Assembly: GCA_002428965.1 (NCBI GenBank)
Contig: DIYI01000011.1
Span: 11,848 to 75,847 of the forward strand
Length of the DNA stretch: 64,000 nt
Direction: 5' to 3'
DNA from: Jejuia sp. UBA6058
GTDB taxonomy: Bacteria; Bacteroidota; Bacteroidia; Flavobacteriales; Flavobacteriaceae
The position numbers and the translations under genes are program-made. Shown in pieces: positions 50,099 through 58,381 of the stretch. Under the pieces are notes generated by a model. That model ran no database searches. It saw only the letters and a program-made list of their open reading frames with translations, and had not been told where the DNA came from. Numbering within the stretch: the stretch's first letter is position 1; each line of letters begins with the position of its first letter.

Positions 50099-51142
50099 GT
50101 GAAAGTAAGCATACAACAAATTGAACCATATGAAGCTGACGGAGTGACGTATCACGCAGATACATGTTTGCCTTTAATTGATGCATTTCAACGTAAGAAA
50201 TTAAAATTTAAAGCTTTAGCGAGACATACATATCCTGGGGATAGGTTGGATGAAAATACGCTTGGTTTAAATAGTATTGGGTATTGGGATGCTAATGAAC
50301 CTCAAGATTGGGGTTTGGATTGGCATAGAAATGAAGGTATAGAGTTTCATTTTTTGGAGTCTGGTATCATGCCCTATTCACAGGAAAATAAGGAGGTGAT
50401 TTTAACTCCGAATCACTTAACAATAACAAGACCATGGGAAGCACATAAAGTGGGTAATCCTCATATTGGTATGGGTAAGTTTTATTGGGTGATTATTGAT
50501 TTGGGAGTGCGTAGACCCCATCAAGATTGGGTTTGGCCTGATTGGATTACACTTACCAAGGACGATCTCGCCCAATTAACCACGATGCTTAGGCATAATG
50601 AAAAGTCTATATTAAAGACAGATCAACGTGTTAGAGATTGTTTTAAGCGTATTAATATGGCAGTGAACACTGATAAAAATGGCAGCAATGCGTCGCGAAT
50701 TCGATTGCTTATAAATTACCTTTTGATACTAATTTTAGATTTGTTAAAGACTGAAAATATCGTTTTAAATGAGGCGCTAACAGATAGCTCTAGAAGTGTG
50801 CAATACTTTTTAAAAGAGTTGGAAAAAAAGTTACCCGAAAACTGGACTATTGAAGATATGGCGCAATCTGCAGGTGTTGGTTTAACGCGTTTTACGCACC
50901 ATTGTAAACAATTGACTAATCTGACACCCATGCGCTATCTTAATATTAGGCGCTTAGAAATGGCTAAAAATATCCTTAAAGATCGACCTGAATTAACAGT
51001 GAGCGAGGTGGCTTACACCTGTGGATTCACTACGAGTCAATATTTTTCTACAGTGTTTAAAAAGCATGAAAAGTGTTCTCCGAATGAATATAGAGCTAGA
51101 TTCCAAATTAAAGAGAATATTAGCGCATATCCTGAAGTATAG
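50099..51142 (+). CDS. AraC-family transcriptional regulator
   Basis: Cupin-like WHRNEGIEFHFLESG; HTH TIEDMAQSAGVG...VSEVAYTCGFTTSQYFSTVFKK. Divergent from the GMC operon; GTG start. Confidence 0.92.
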   Translation: MKVSIQQIEPYEADGVTYHADTCLPLIDAFQRKKLKFKALARHTYPGDRLDENTLGLNSIGYWDANEPQDWGLDWHRNEGIEFHFLESGIMPYSQENKEVILTPNHLTITRPWEAHKVGNPHIGMGKFYWVIIDLGVRRPHQDWVWPDWITLTKDDLAQLTTMLRHNEKSILKTDQRVRDCFKRINMAVNTDKNGSNASRIRLLINYLLILILDLLKTENIVLNEALTDSSRSVQYFLKELEKKLPENWTIEDMAQSAGVGLTRFTHHCKQLTNLTPMRYLNIRRLEMAKNILKDRPELTVSEVAYTCGFTTSQYFSTVFKKHEKCSPNEYRARFQIKENISAYPEV

Positions 51143-51242
51143 GTGTTTAAAATTTTTCACTGAATAAAAACAAACAGGTGTTGTGCTTTAATTGTATAAT
51201 TTCACCTTTACTACATATAAAACAAACTAACTAATACAAAAC

Positions 51243-52226
51243 ATGAAGCGCAGGGACTTTATTGTTAAAACTTCAAAGACAAGTATAGCGCTTTCCGCTT
51301 TGGGAATGTATGCTTGTAAAAATTCAAAGGAAAATAAAATTAGCGCAACTGATGCGGCCGATGTCGAGGAAACTTCTAAAGAACTGTTTTTCAAAATCTC
51401 TTTGGCACAATGGTCTTTGCACAGAGCTTTATTTGATGGAAGTTTGGATAATTTAGACTTTGCCGCTAAATCGAGAAGTTTAGGTTGTGAAGGAGTAGAG
51501 TATGTCAATGGGTTTTTTAAGGACAAGGCAAAAGACATGGTCTATCTTAAAGAAATGAAATTTAGAGCTAATGCTGAAGGACAACAAAACGTACTAATAA
51601 TGATAGATGGTGAAGGTGGTCTTGCTGATGCAGATACTTCCAAAAGACTTGAAGCTATAGAAAATCATTATAAATGGGTGGAAGCAGCACACTTTTTAGG
51701 ATGTCATGCTATTAGAGTGAATTTAGCAGGAGCTAATGATTACGAAGAAGGCATAAAAGCAGGTGTAGATTCATTGGTTAAACTATCTGAATTTGCTAAA
51801 GGCTCTAATATTAATGTTTTAGTTGAAAACCACGGTGGATTTTCTTCAAATGGGGAATGGATGCATCAGGTGTTTTCGCAAATAAAGAATGAAAATTGTG
51901 GTACACTTCCAGATTTTGGAAACTTTTGTATCACCAAAGGAGAGAAGGATGAAAAGGGGATAAGACCCTGCTTGGAAGGATACGATCGTTATAAAGGCAT
52001 GCAAGAATTGTTGCCTTTTGCCAAGGCTGTAAGTGCAAAATCTTATGATTTTGATGCGAATGGAAATGAAACTACTATTGATTATAAACGCGTAATGCAA
52101 ATGGTCAAGGATACTGGATATAATGGTTTTGTAGGCGTGGAATATGAGGGTAGGATATTGCCTGAAGAAGAAGGTATAAAAGCGACTCGTAATTTATTGC
52201 TTAAAGTGAGACAAGAACTTTCGTAA
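51243..52226 (+). CDS. Sugar phosphate isomerase/epimerase (xylose-isomerase-like TIM barrel), Tat lipoprotein
   Basis: MKRRDFIV...MYAC; ISLAQWSLHR, VENHGG, TLPDFGNF, VGVEYEG. Confidence 0.88.
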   Translation: MKRRDFIVKTSKTSIALSALGMYACKNSKENKISATDAADVEETSKELFFKISLAQWSLHRALFDGSLDNLDFAAKSRSLGCEGVEYVNGFFKDKAKDMVYLKEMKFRANAEGQQNVLIMIDGEGGLADADTSKRLEAIENHYKWVEAAHFLGCHAIRVNLAGANDYEEGIKAGVDSLVKLSEFAKGSNINVLVENHGGFSSNGEWMHQVFSQIKNENCGTLPDFGNFCITKGEKDEKGIRPCLEGYDRYKGMQELLPFAKAVSAKSYDFDANGNETTIDYKRVMQMVKDTGYNGFVGVEYEGRILPEEEGIKATRNLLLKVRQELS

Positions 52227-52248
52227 AATACTAACCAAACTAAATTAT

Positions 52249-53457
52249 ATGGAGAATATTAATAAGAATAGGCTGTTTTTGGCATCCTGTATTTCTTTGA
52301 TTGTAACGGCAATGACTTTTGCTATACGTGCTGGGATTTTGGGGCAACTTGGATCAGATTTTCAATTAACAGATGAAGAATTGGGTTATGTAAATGGGAT
52401 GGCATTTTTAGGGTTTCCGATAGCTACAATCTTTGGAGGCCTTGTTTATAATTCACTCGGAGCACGAAAACTAATGGCAATTGCATTTGTGTCACATCTA
52501 TTAGGATTGTTATTAACCATTTTTGCTGGAGGGTTTTGGACCTTACTGATTTCTACCTTTTTCATCGGATTTGCAAATGGATCTGTTGAAGCCGCATGTA
52601 ATCCACTTATCGCTGATATGTATACAGATAATCGTACCACCATGTTGAACAAATTTCATGTTTGGTTTCCCGGTGGAATTGTAATTGGAGCCTTGGCTTC
52701 TAAATTTATGACTGATTTAGATTTGAGTTGGCAACTACAAATAGGAATTATGCTGATTCCAACTTTATTGTATGGATTTTTATTCTTCGGACAAAAATTC
52801 CCAAAGAGCGAAAATATTGTTTCGGATACCAAGACAAACGCTAAAAGTTTATTAACACCGCTGTTCATTTTTATGGCAATTTGTATGACGCTTACGGCAA
52901 CAACTGAATTAGGCACACAACAATGGGTGGAAAAAATTCTTGGTAATTCAGGTGCGAGTCCAATGTTAATATTAGCGATGGTAACAGGTTTGATGGCTAT
53001 AGGGCGTTACTTTGCAGGCCCAATAATACATAAGCTGAATCCTCCAGGAGTATTGTTTGCTTCGGCAATTATTTCGGCAATTGCTATTTATTTGATGAGT
53101 TCAGCTACTGGGGGAATGGTCTACGTAGCGGCTATTTTATTTGCTGTTGGTGTATGTTATTTCTGGCCAACCATGATTGGTTTTGTTAGTGAATACTTGC
53201 CAAATACAGGAGCTTTAGGGATGTCCTTAATTGGTGGAGTTGGTATGTTTGCTACGAGTATTTGGCAACCTGTTATTGGCTCTTGGTTAGATGGTGCAAA
53301 AGCTACCGCGCTAGAATCTGGAGCATCTGTGGAGCAGGCAGAATTAATTGCAGGACAAGCTACCTTAAGTAATATTGCAATTTTCCCAATGGTACTTGTG
53401 GTACTATTTGGAATTCTTTATACACAACGCAAAAAATTAGAAGCAAATAGAGTATAA
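52249..53457 (+). CDS. MFS transporter
   Basis: About 12 hydrophobic segments; GSVEAACNPLI, FHVWFPGGIVIG, FWPTM. Confidence 0.9.
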   Translation: MENINKNRLFLASCISLIVTAMTFAIRAGILGQLGSDFQLTDEELGYVNGMAFLGFPIATIFGGLVYNSLGARKLMAIAFVSHLLGLLLTIFAGGFWTLLISTFFIGFANGSVEAACNPLIADMYTDNRTTMLNKFHVWFPGGIVIGALASKFMTDLDLSWQLQIGIMLIPTLLYGFLFFGQKFPKSENIVSDTKTNAKSLLTPLFIFMAICMTLTATTELGTQQWVEKILGNSGASPMLILAMVTGLMAIGRYFAGPIIHKLNPPGVLFASAIISAIAIYLMSSATGGMVYVAAILFAVGVCYFWPTMIGFVSEYLPNTGALGMSLIGGVGMFATSIWQPVIGSWLDGAKATALESGASVEQAELIAGQATLSNIAIFPMVLVVLFGILYTQRKKLEANRV

Positions 53458-53462
53458 AATTT

Positions 53463-54611
53463 ATGAGTAGAAAATTAAGAATGGGAATGGTTGGCGGTGG
53501 TGCTGGCTCATTTATTGGAGATGTGCATCGAAAAGCAGCGGCCATTGATGGTATGATAGATTTAGTATGTGGTGCATTTAGCAGTACTGCAGAAAAATCT
53601 ATTGCATCAGGTATTGCTTTAAATTTAGATGAAAGCAGATGCTATGGTACTTTTGAGGAAATGGTTGAAAAAGAAAAGCAACTGCCAGAAGATATAAGAA
53701 TGGATTTTGTGGCTATAGTTACGCCAAATCATATGCATTTTCCACCTGCTAAAATGGCTTTAGAAAATGGATTTCATGTGGTTTGTGATAAACCGGTGAC
53801 GTTAACTTTGGAGGAGGCTGAAGCCTTACAAGATGTAGTTGCCAAAAGCGGAAAACTATTTGCACTTACACATAATTACACAGGTAATTCTTTGGTAAAG
53901 CAGGCGAAAGCAATGGTGTCTAAAGGAGAACTTGGGAAAATTCGAAAAATACAAGCCCAATATTTGCAAGGGTGGCTATCTACATCTTTAGAGAAAACCG
54001 ATCAAAAGCAAGCAGCGTGGAGAGTAGATCCGAAACGTTCAGGAATTGGAGGTGCTTTGGGCGATATTGGTACACATGCTGAAAATTTGATTGAATATAT
54101 TACGGGTTTAAAAATTGAAGAAATTGCTGCAGATTTAGGAAGATTTGGAGAAGGACGTATTTTGGATGATGATGGCAATATGTTAATTCGTATGGATAAT
54201 GGGGCAAAAGGGACAATCTCTATTTCACAAATAGCTTTAGGTGAAGAAAATAATTTAGGAATTAGAGTGTATGGTGAAAAAGGTAGTTTGGAGTGGTATC
54301 AAGAAAATCCAAACGAATTGATTACTCGTTGGTTAGAAGAACCCAAAAAAGTGTACACGCCAAATAGTAATGGTCTGCATAAGGAAGCTTTGGAAGTTTC
54401 GAGAATTCCTGCAGGACATCCTGAGGGATATTTAGAGGCTTTTGCTACTATTTATAAAAACTTTGCGCTACATCTTACAGCTGTGAATGAAGGAAAAATT
54501 ATTGAAAAACCAGATTACCCAACAGTGGAAGATGGTGTAAGAGGTATGAAGTTTATCTATGCAGCGGTGGAAAGTGATAAAAACAACGCTGCTTGGACAA
54601 AAATGGATTAA
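53463..54611 (+). CDS. Gfo/Idh/MocA-family NAD-dependent oxidoreductase
   Basis: GMVGGGAGSFIG, IVTPNHMH, CDKP, GDIGTHA, GHPEGYLEAFA. Confidence 0.92.
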   Translation: MSRKLRMGMVGGGAGSFIGDVHRKAAAIDGMIDLVCGAFSSTAEKSIASGIALNLDESRCYGTFEEMVEKEKQLPEDIRMDFVAIVTPNHMHFPPAKMALENGFHVVCDKPVTLTLEEAEALQDVVAKSGKLFALTHNYTGNSLVKQAKAMVSKGELGKIRKIQAQYLQGWLSTSLEKTDQKQAAWRVDPKRSGIGGALGDIGTHAENLIEYITGLKIEEIAADLGRFGEGRILDDDGNMLIRMDNGAKGTISISQIALGEENNLGIRVYGEKGSLEWYQENPNELITRWLEEPKKVYTPNSNGLHKEALEVSRIPAGHPEGYLEAFATIYKNFALHLTAVNEGKIIEKPDYPTVEDGVRGMKFIYAAVESDKNNAAWTKMD

Positions 54612-54642
54612 TTATTAACACTGAAATTGGTGGATATGCTCT

Positions 54643-54788
54643 TGTTAGGGACTGCAACGGTATCCTTTTTTAAGTGTCAGTTCGAGTAAATTTGTGAAGT
54701 ATGAACTAATCGTATCGAGAACAAACTTAAAAAAGACATAGCGGAAAGCTCGACCACTCGCCTGAGGCTTTCGAAGGATGTGCTAACA
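54643..54788 (+). repeat. Copy 2 of the intergenic multi-stem element, with a different palindromic repeat inserted
   Basis: GTTAGGGA..ATCCTTTTT and AAAAAGA..CGGAAAGC.CGACC are shared with 24621-24707. Closing stem TGTTAG/CTAACA. Insert TGTCAGTTCGAG...GTATCGAGAACA at about 54675-54722. Confidence 0.55.
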
Positions 54789-54808
54789 CCAAAAAATAAA
54801 ATATAAAT

Positions 54809-55861
54809 ATGAAAACAATAAAAGGACCAGCAGTGTTTTTGGCTCAATTTGCGGGAAGTGAAGCGCCATTTAACACTTTGGACGGCATGTGCAAATGGGC
54901 AGCCGATTTGGGGTATAAAGGTATTCAGATTCCAACTTGGGAGTCTAGCTTAATGGATATTGAGAAGGCTGCCGACAGTCAGACCTATTGCGACGAATTG
55001 AAGGGAAAGGTAAACTCATACGGATTGGAAATCACTGAATTGTCAACTCATTTACAAGGGCAGTTGGTGGCCGTAAATCCTGCGTACGACACCATGTTTG
55101 ATGGTTTTGCGCCAGAAGAAGTAAGAGGCAATCCCAAAGCAAGAACGGAATGGGCTATTGATTTTGTGAAAAAATGTGGAACAGCGAGTAGACGTTTAGG
55201 ATTGAAATCTCATGCGTCGTTTTCTGGAGCTTTAATGTGGCATACGGTGTATCCTTGGCCTCAGCGCCCCAATGGTTTAGTAGAAATGGGCTTTAAGGAG
55301 TTGGCAAACCGTTGGTTGCCAATTTTGAATCATTTTGATGAGGAAGGTGTAGATGTGTGTTATGAAATTCATCCCGGTGAGGATTTGCATGATGGGATTT
55401 CTTATGAGCGTTTTTTAGAGGCTACGAGCAATCATTCGCGCGCTAATTTGTTATACGACCCGAGTCATTTTGTATTGCAACAGTTGGATTATTTGGACTT
55501 TATAGATATTTATCACGAACGAATTAGGGCTTTTCATGTGAAGGATGCTGAGTTTAATTCAACGGGTAGACAAGGTGTTTATGGTGGTTATGCCGATTGG
55601 AAAGACAGAGCTGGACGTTTTAGAAGTTTAGGTGATGGACAAGTTGATTTTAGTGCGATATTTTCTAAATTGACTAAATACGGATTGGATTTATGGGCTG
55701 TAATGGAATGGGAATGTTGTATTAAATCTTCTGAACAAGGGGCTAGAGAAGGTGCGCCATTTATTCAAAAACACATAATTGAGGCTGCAACTCGTAGTTT
55801 TGACGATTTTGCTGGAGGTGATATTGACGAAGATTATTTAAAAAGTATTTTAGGAGTATAA
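54809..55861 (+). CDS. Sugar phosphate isomerase/epimerase (AP-endonuclease-2/TIM barrel), probable ketoglycoside lyase/hydratase
   Basis: KGPAVFLAQF, LSTHLQGQL, YEIHPGEDLHDG, YDPSHF, FHVKDAEF, RFRSLGDGQVDF, VMEWEC. Confidence 0.88.
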   Translation: MKTIKGPAVFLAQFAGSEAPFNTLDGMCKWAADLGYKGIQIPTWESSLMDIEKAADSQTYCDELKGKVNSYGLEITELSTHLQGQLVAVNPAYDTMFDGFAPEEVRGNPKARTEWAIDFVKKCGTASRRLGLKSHASFSGALMWHTVYPWPQRPNGLVEMGFKELANRWLPILNHFDEEGVDVCYEIHPGEDLHDGISYERFLEATSNHSRANLLYDPSHFVLQQLDYLDFIDIYHERIRAFHVKDAEFNSTGRQGVYGGYADWKDRAGRFRSLGDGQVDFSAIFSKLTKYGLDLWAVMEWECCIKSSEQGAREGAPFIQKHIIEAATRSFDDFAGGDIDEDYLKSILGV

Positions 55862-55862
55862 G

Positions 55863-56597
55863 ATGAAGCAATTATTCTGTTTTTGTCTCTTTTTTCTTTT
55901 TAGCATTATGTCTTTTGCTCAAGAAAAAATTGATCCTAAACTTACAGAGGTTTGGGCACCAAAAGTTAAAAAAGTGATTCCAGGTTATAACAATTCGCCA
56001 CCAAGTGATGCGATTGTGTTGTTTGATGGCTCTGGTTTTGATGGTTGGACAGGAAAAGGTGATACAGTTGGTTGGGTTTTGAATGAAGATGGTTCTATGA
56101 CAGTAAAACCAAAAACAGGAGCTATTAAAACGAAACAAACTTTTGGTAGTGTACAGCTGCACTTAGAATGGAAATCTCCACTTGATACTATTGGTAAAAA
56201 AAGTCAAAAACGAGGTAATAGTGGTGTGTTTCTTCAAGACAGATATGAGGTTCAAGTACTTGATAATAACAACAATGAAACGTATTCTAATGGTCAGGTG
56301 GGGTCTGTTTATAAACAGTCTATTCCACTGGCTATGGCTTCAGTTCCAACAGGGGAATGGAACACGTATGATATTATTTTTCATCAGCCAGAATTTGATG
56401 AAAATGGAAAAGTAGTTAAAAAAGCTACTATTACTGTGTTACACAATGGTGTATTGATACAAGATCATTTTGTAATTCAAGGCCCTACAGTTTACAGAGG
56501 TGAACCAAGTTATAAAGCTCATGGTAAAGCTTCTATTCGTTTACAAGACCATGGTGATTTGGTAAGTTATCGCAATATTTGGATTCGAGAAATTTGA
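55863..56597 (+). CDS. DUF1080 (3-keto-disaccharide hydrolase family) protein
   Basis: PPSDAIVLFDG, QLHLEW, GNSGVFLQDRYEVQVLD, GEWNTYDIIF, LQDHGDLVSYRNIWIRE; signal peptide. Confidence 0.92.
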   Translation: MKQLFCFCLFFLFSIMSFAQEKIDPKLTEVWAPKVKKVIPGYNNSPPSDAIVLFDGSGFDGWTGKGDTVGWVLNEDGSMTVKPKTGAIKTKQTFGSVQLHLEWKSPLDTIGKKSQKRGNSGVFLQDRYEVQVLDNNNNETYSNGQVGSVYKQSIPLAMASVPTGEWNTYDIIFHQPEFDENGKVVKKATITVLHNGVLIQDHFVIQGPTVYRGEPSYKAHGKASIRLQDHGDLVSYRNIWIREI

Positions 56598-57382
56598 TAG
56601 TGGTGATATTAAGAATTTCATTCGCTTCTGTAATTTCCGAATTTAATAATGTCAAAAAAGTATTAGTCTTTGGTTTAATCTGTTCTTTCTGTTATTTAAG
56701 CTTTGCTCAGAAAGGAATAGATCCAAAACTCACAGAAGTTTGGGAGCCAAAAGTTCCGAGAGTTATTCCATACAAGAATGCTATCCCCAGTGATGCTATA
56801 ATGTTATTTGATGGTAAGAATTTTGATAATTGGACAGGTGTAAACGGAGAATTGCTCTGGACTTTAAATGACGACGGTTCTATGACAGTAAAACCTAAAA
56901 CGGGCTCCATAAAAACCAAGAAAAGTTTTGGTAGCATTCAATTACATGTAGAATGGAAATCTCCTATTGATACCATTGGTAGAACTGGTCAACAACGTGG
57001 GAATAGTGGGGTGTTCTTGCAGGAGTTGTATAAAATTCAGATTTTGGATAACAATAACAACGAAACCTATTCAAACGGTCAAGTAGGTTCTGTTTATAAG
57101 CAATCTATTCCTTTGGCAATGGCATCATTTCCCACGGGTGAATGGAATACTTACGATATAATTTATTGTCAACCAGAGTTTGATAAAAAAGGTAATGTTG
57201 TAAAAAAAGCCATAATCACCTTACTGCATAATGGTATTTTGGTATTAGATCATTTTGAAATTCAAGGAACTACCGTTTGGAGAGGTCAGCCTTCATATCA
57301 AATTCATGGTAAGGCTCCAATTATGTTACAGGATCATGGGTGCGAGGTGAGTTACCGAAATATTTGGGTTAGAGAGATTTAA
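56579..57382 (+). CDS. DUF1080 protein, tandem paralog with irregular 5' end
   Basis: Near-copy of the upstream gene (IDPKLTEVW, GNSGVFLQ, LQDHG..VSYRNIW). The best-context ATG at 56649 is out of frame, just before A-AAA-AAG. In-frame GTGs at 56600/56603 are alternative starts. Confidence 0.75.
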   Translation: MDSRNLIVVILRISFASVISEFNNVKKVLVFGLICSFCYLSFAQKGIDPKLTEVWEPKVPRVIPYKNAIPSDAIMLFDGKNFDNWTGVNGELLWTLNDDGSMTVKPKTGSIKTKKSFGSIQLHVEWKSPIDTIGRTGQQRGNSGVFLQELYKIQILDNNNNETYSNGQVGSVYKQSIPLAMASFPTGEWNTYDIIYCQPEFDKKGNVVKKAIITLLHNGILVLDHFEIQGTTVWRGQPSYQIHGKAPIMLQDHGCEVSYRNIWVREI

Positions 57383-57449
57383 ATTTATTACACAGCGCTA
57401 ATGACATAAATATATTTAATTTTAATGTTGTGTAATTCATAATAAGTTG

Positions 57450-57457
57450 TAATTTTG
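57450..57457 (+). promoter_or_regulatory. -7 promoter element TAATTTTG for the arg/pro operon
   Basis: Exact TAnnTTTG about 325 nt upstream of the first ATG (57784). Confidence 0.55.
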
Positions 57458-57470
57458 CCGCTCATATTAA

Positions 57471-57625
57471 CGAAAGGGGCTCACGCCGACGATTTAGAGT
57501 TAATAGTTAAGATGGTTATTCAGTGAAAACAGGAAACAACATATCTTTTACCTCTTATGTTTCAGTAAAGCATGCTGAAGCAGTTGTTGTGCGTTTTCCT
57601 CAAACTCGCCCCTAGTGGGGTGTAT
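57471..57625 (+). ncRNA. Candidate structured cis-regulatory leader of the arg operon
   Basis: Nested pairings GGGGC/GCCCC, GAGTT/AACTC and AGGAAA/TTTCCT; internal hairpins; competing hairpin CGCCCC-tagt-GGGGTG. Confidence 0.5.
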
Positions 57626-57783
57626 CAGTGTAAGAAAGTAATTCACTTTCAAATTTTCGTTATTTTTTTGATTTTAAGTTGTGTTAGAGAAGTGATCTAG
57701 CACTAGGAATAGTTTCAACTCATAAACTGGGTTTTAAATTGTGTATTTGAATAAAACTATGTTTTGTAAAAACATATATAAAC

Positions 57784-58371
57784 ATGGAGGCAATATTGAG
57801 AACAGATAGAAATACAGCGTTAGAGGAAGCAATAGCGTTTTGCGAAGAAAAAGGGCTTGAGGTTGTTTTTGCTCATGAGATTTCCAAAACGAATTTGCAG
57901 ATTATTTCAGAACGAACTAAACACCTGCCTGCAATGTATCATGCGAGTGTGGGTATGTTGTTAGACCGTTTAAAAAACGGTTGTTTTCTATTGAAAAAAG
58001 ATGGTGAAATTTTTGGGCATATTTTTGCACATAGACACACTATCGATAAATATTCCGTTTACGAACGTTCATCATTATGGATTCATAAATCCTACAGAAA
58101 TCACAATTTAGGGCTGCTTTTAATGGATTTTTTAACCAAAAAGTTCTCAAAAGAATTTCTTATTTCAATAGCACAAGATAAAACAGTTCATAACAACAAT
58201 GAGTTGTTAGGTATGAAATTTATAACCTTAAAAGATTTATCTCCCGTTTTGATTGAAACGCTTGAGAAATTAGGAAAATTGAGAGATGAATACAAATATA
58301 AATACTACGTTAACCCTTATTTCGAATCAAAAATTAATCAATTTAACAAGATTCTTAAGAACAATATTTAA
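57784..58371 (+). CDS. GNAT-family acetyltransferase, candidate short N-acetylglutamate synthase
   Basis: Acetyl-CoA motif-A-like SSLWIHKSYRNHNLG; first gene of the arg operon, 10 nt upstream of argG. ArgA role is inferred from context only. Confidence 0.65.
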   Translation: MEAILRTDRNTALEEAIAFCEEKGLEVVFAHEISKTNLQIISERTKHLPAMYHASVGMLLDRLKNGCFLLKKDGEIFGHIFAHRHTIDKYSVYERSSLWIHKSYRNHNLGLLLMDFLTKKFSKEFLISIAQDKTVHNNNELLGMKFITLKDLSPVLIETLEKLGKLRDEYKYKYYVNPYFESKINQFNKILKNNI

Positions 58372-58381
58372 TTAGAATATA

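Noticed and set aside
57471-57625. tmRNA, RNase P, SRP, 6S or T-box identity for the GGGGC-starting structure
   Set aside because: No tRNA-like 3' CCA end, tag frame, SRP loop motif or T-box sequence is visible. A cmscan would be the decisive test.
57572-57700. 42-aa ORF in the arg leader as an attenuator peptide
   Set aside because: Only one Arg codon, no regulatory codon run, and the GC hairpin at 57607-57622 lacks a U-tract, so classical attenuation is unsupported.
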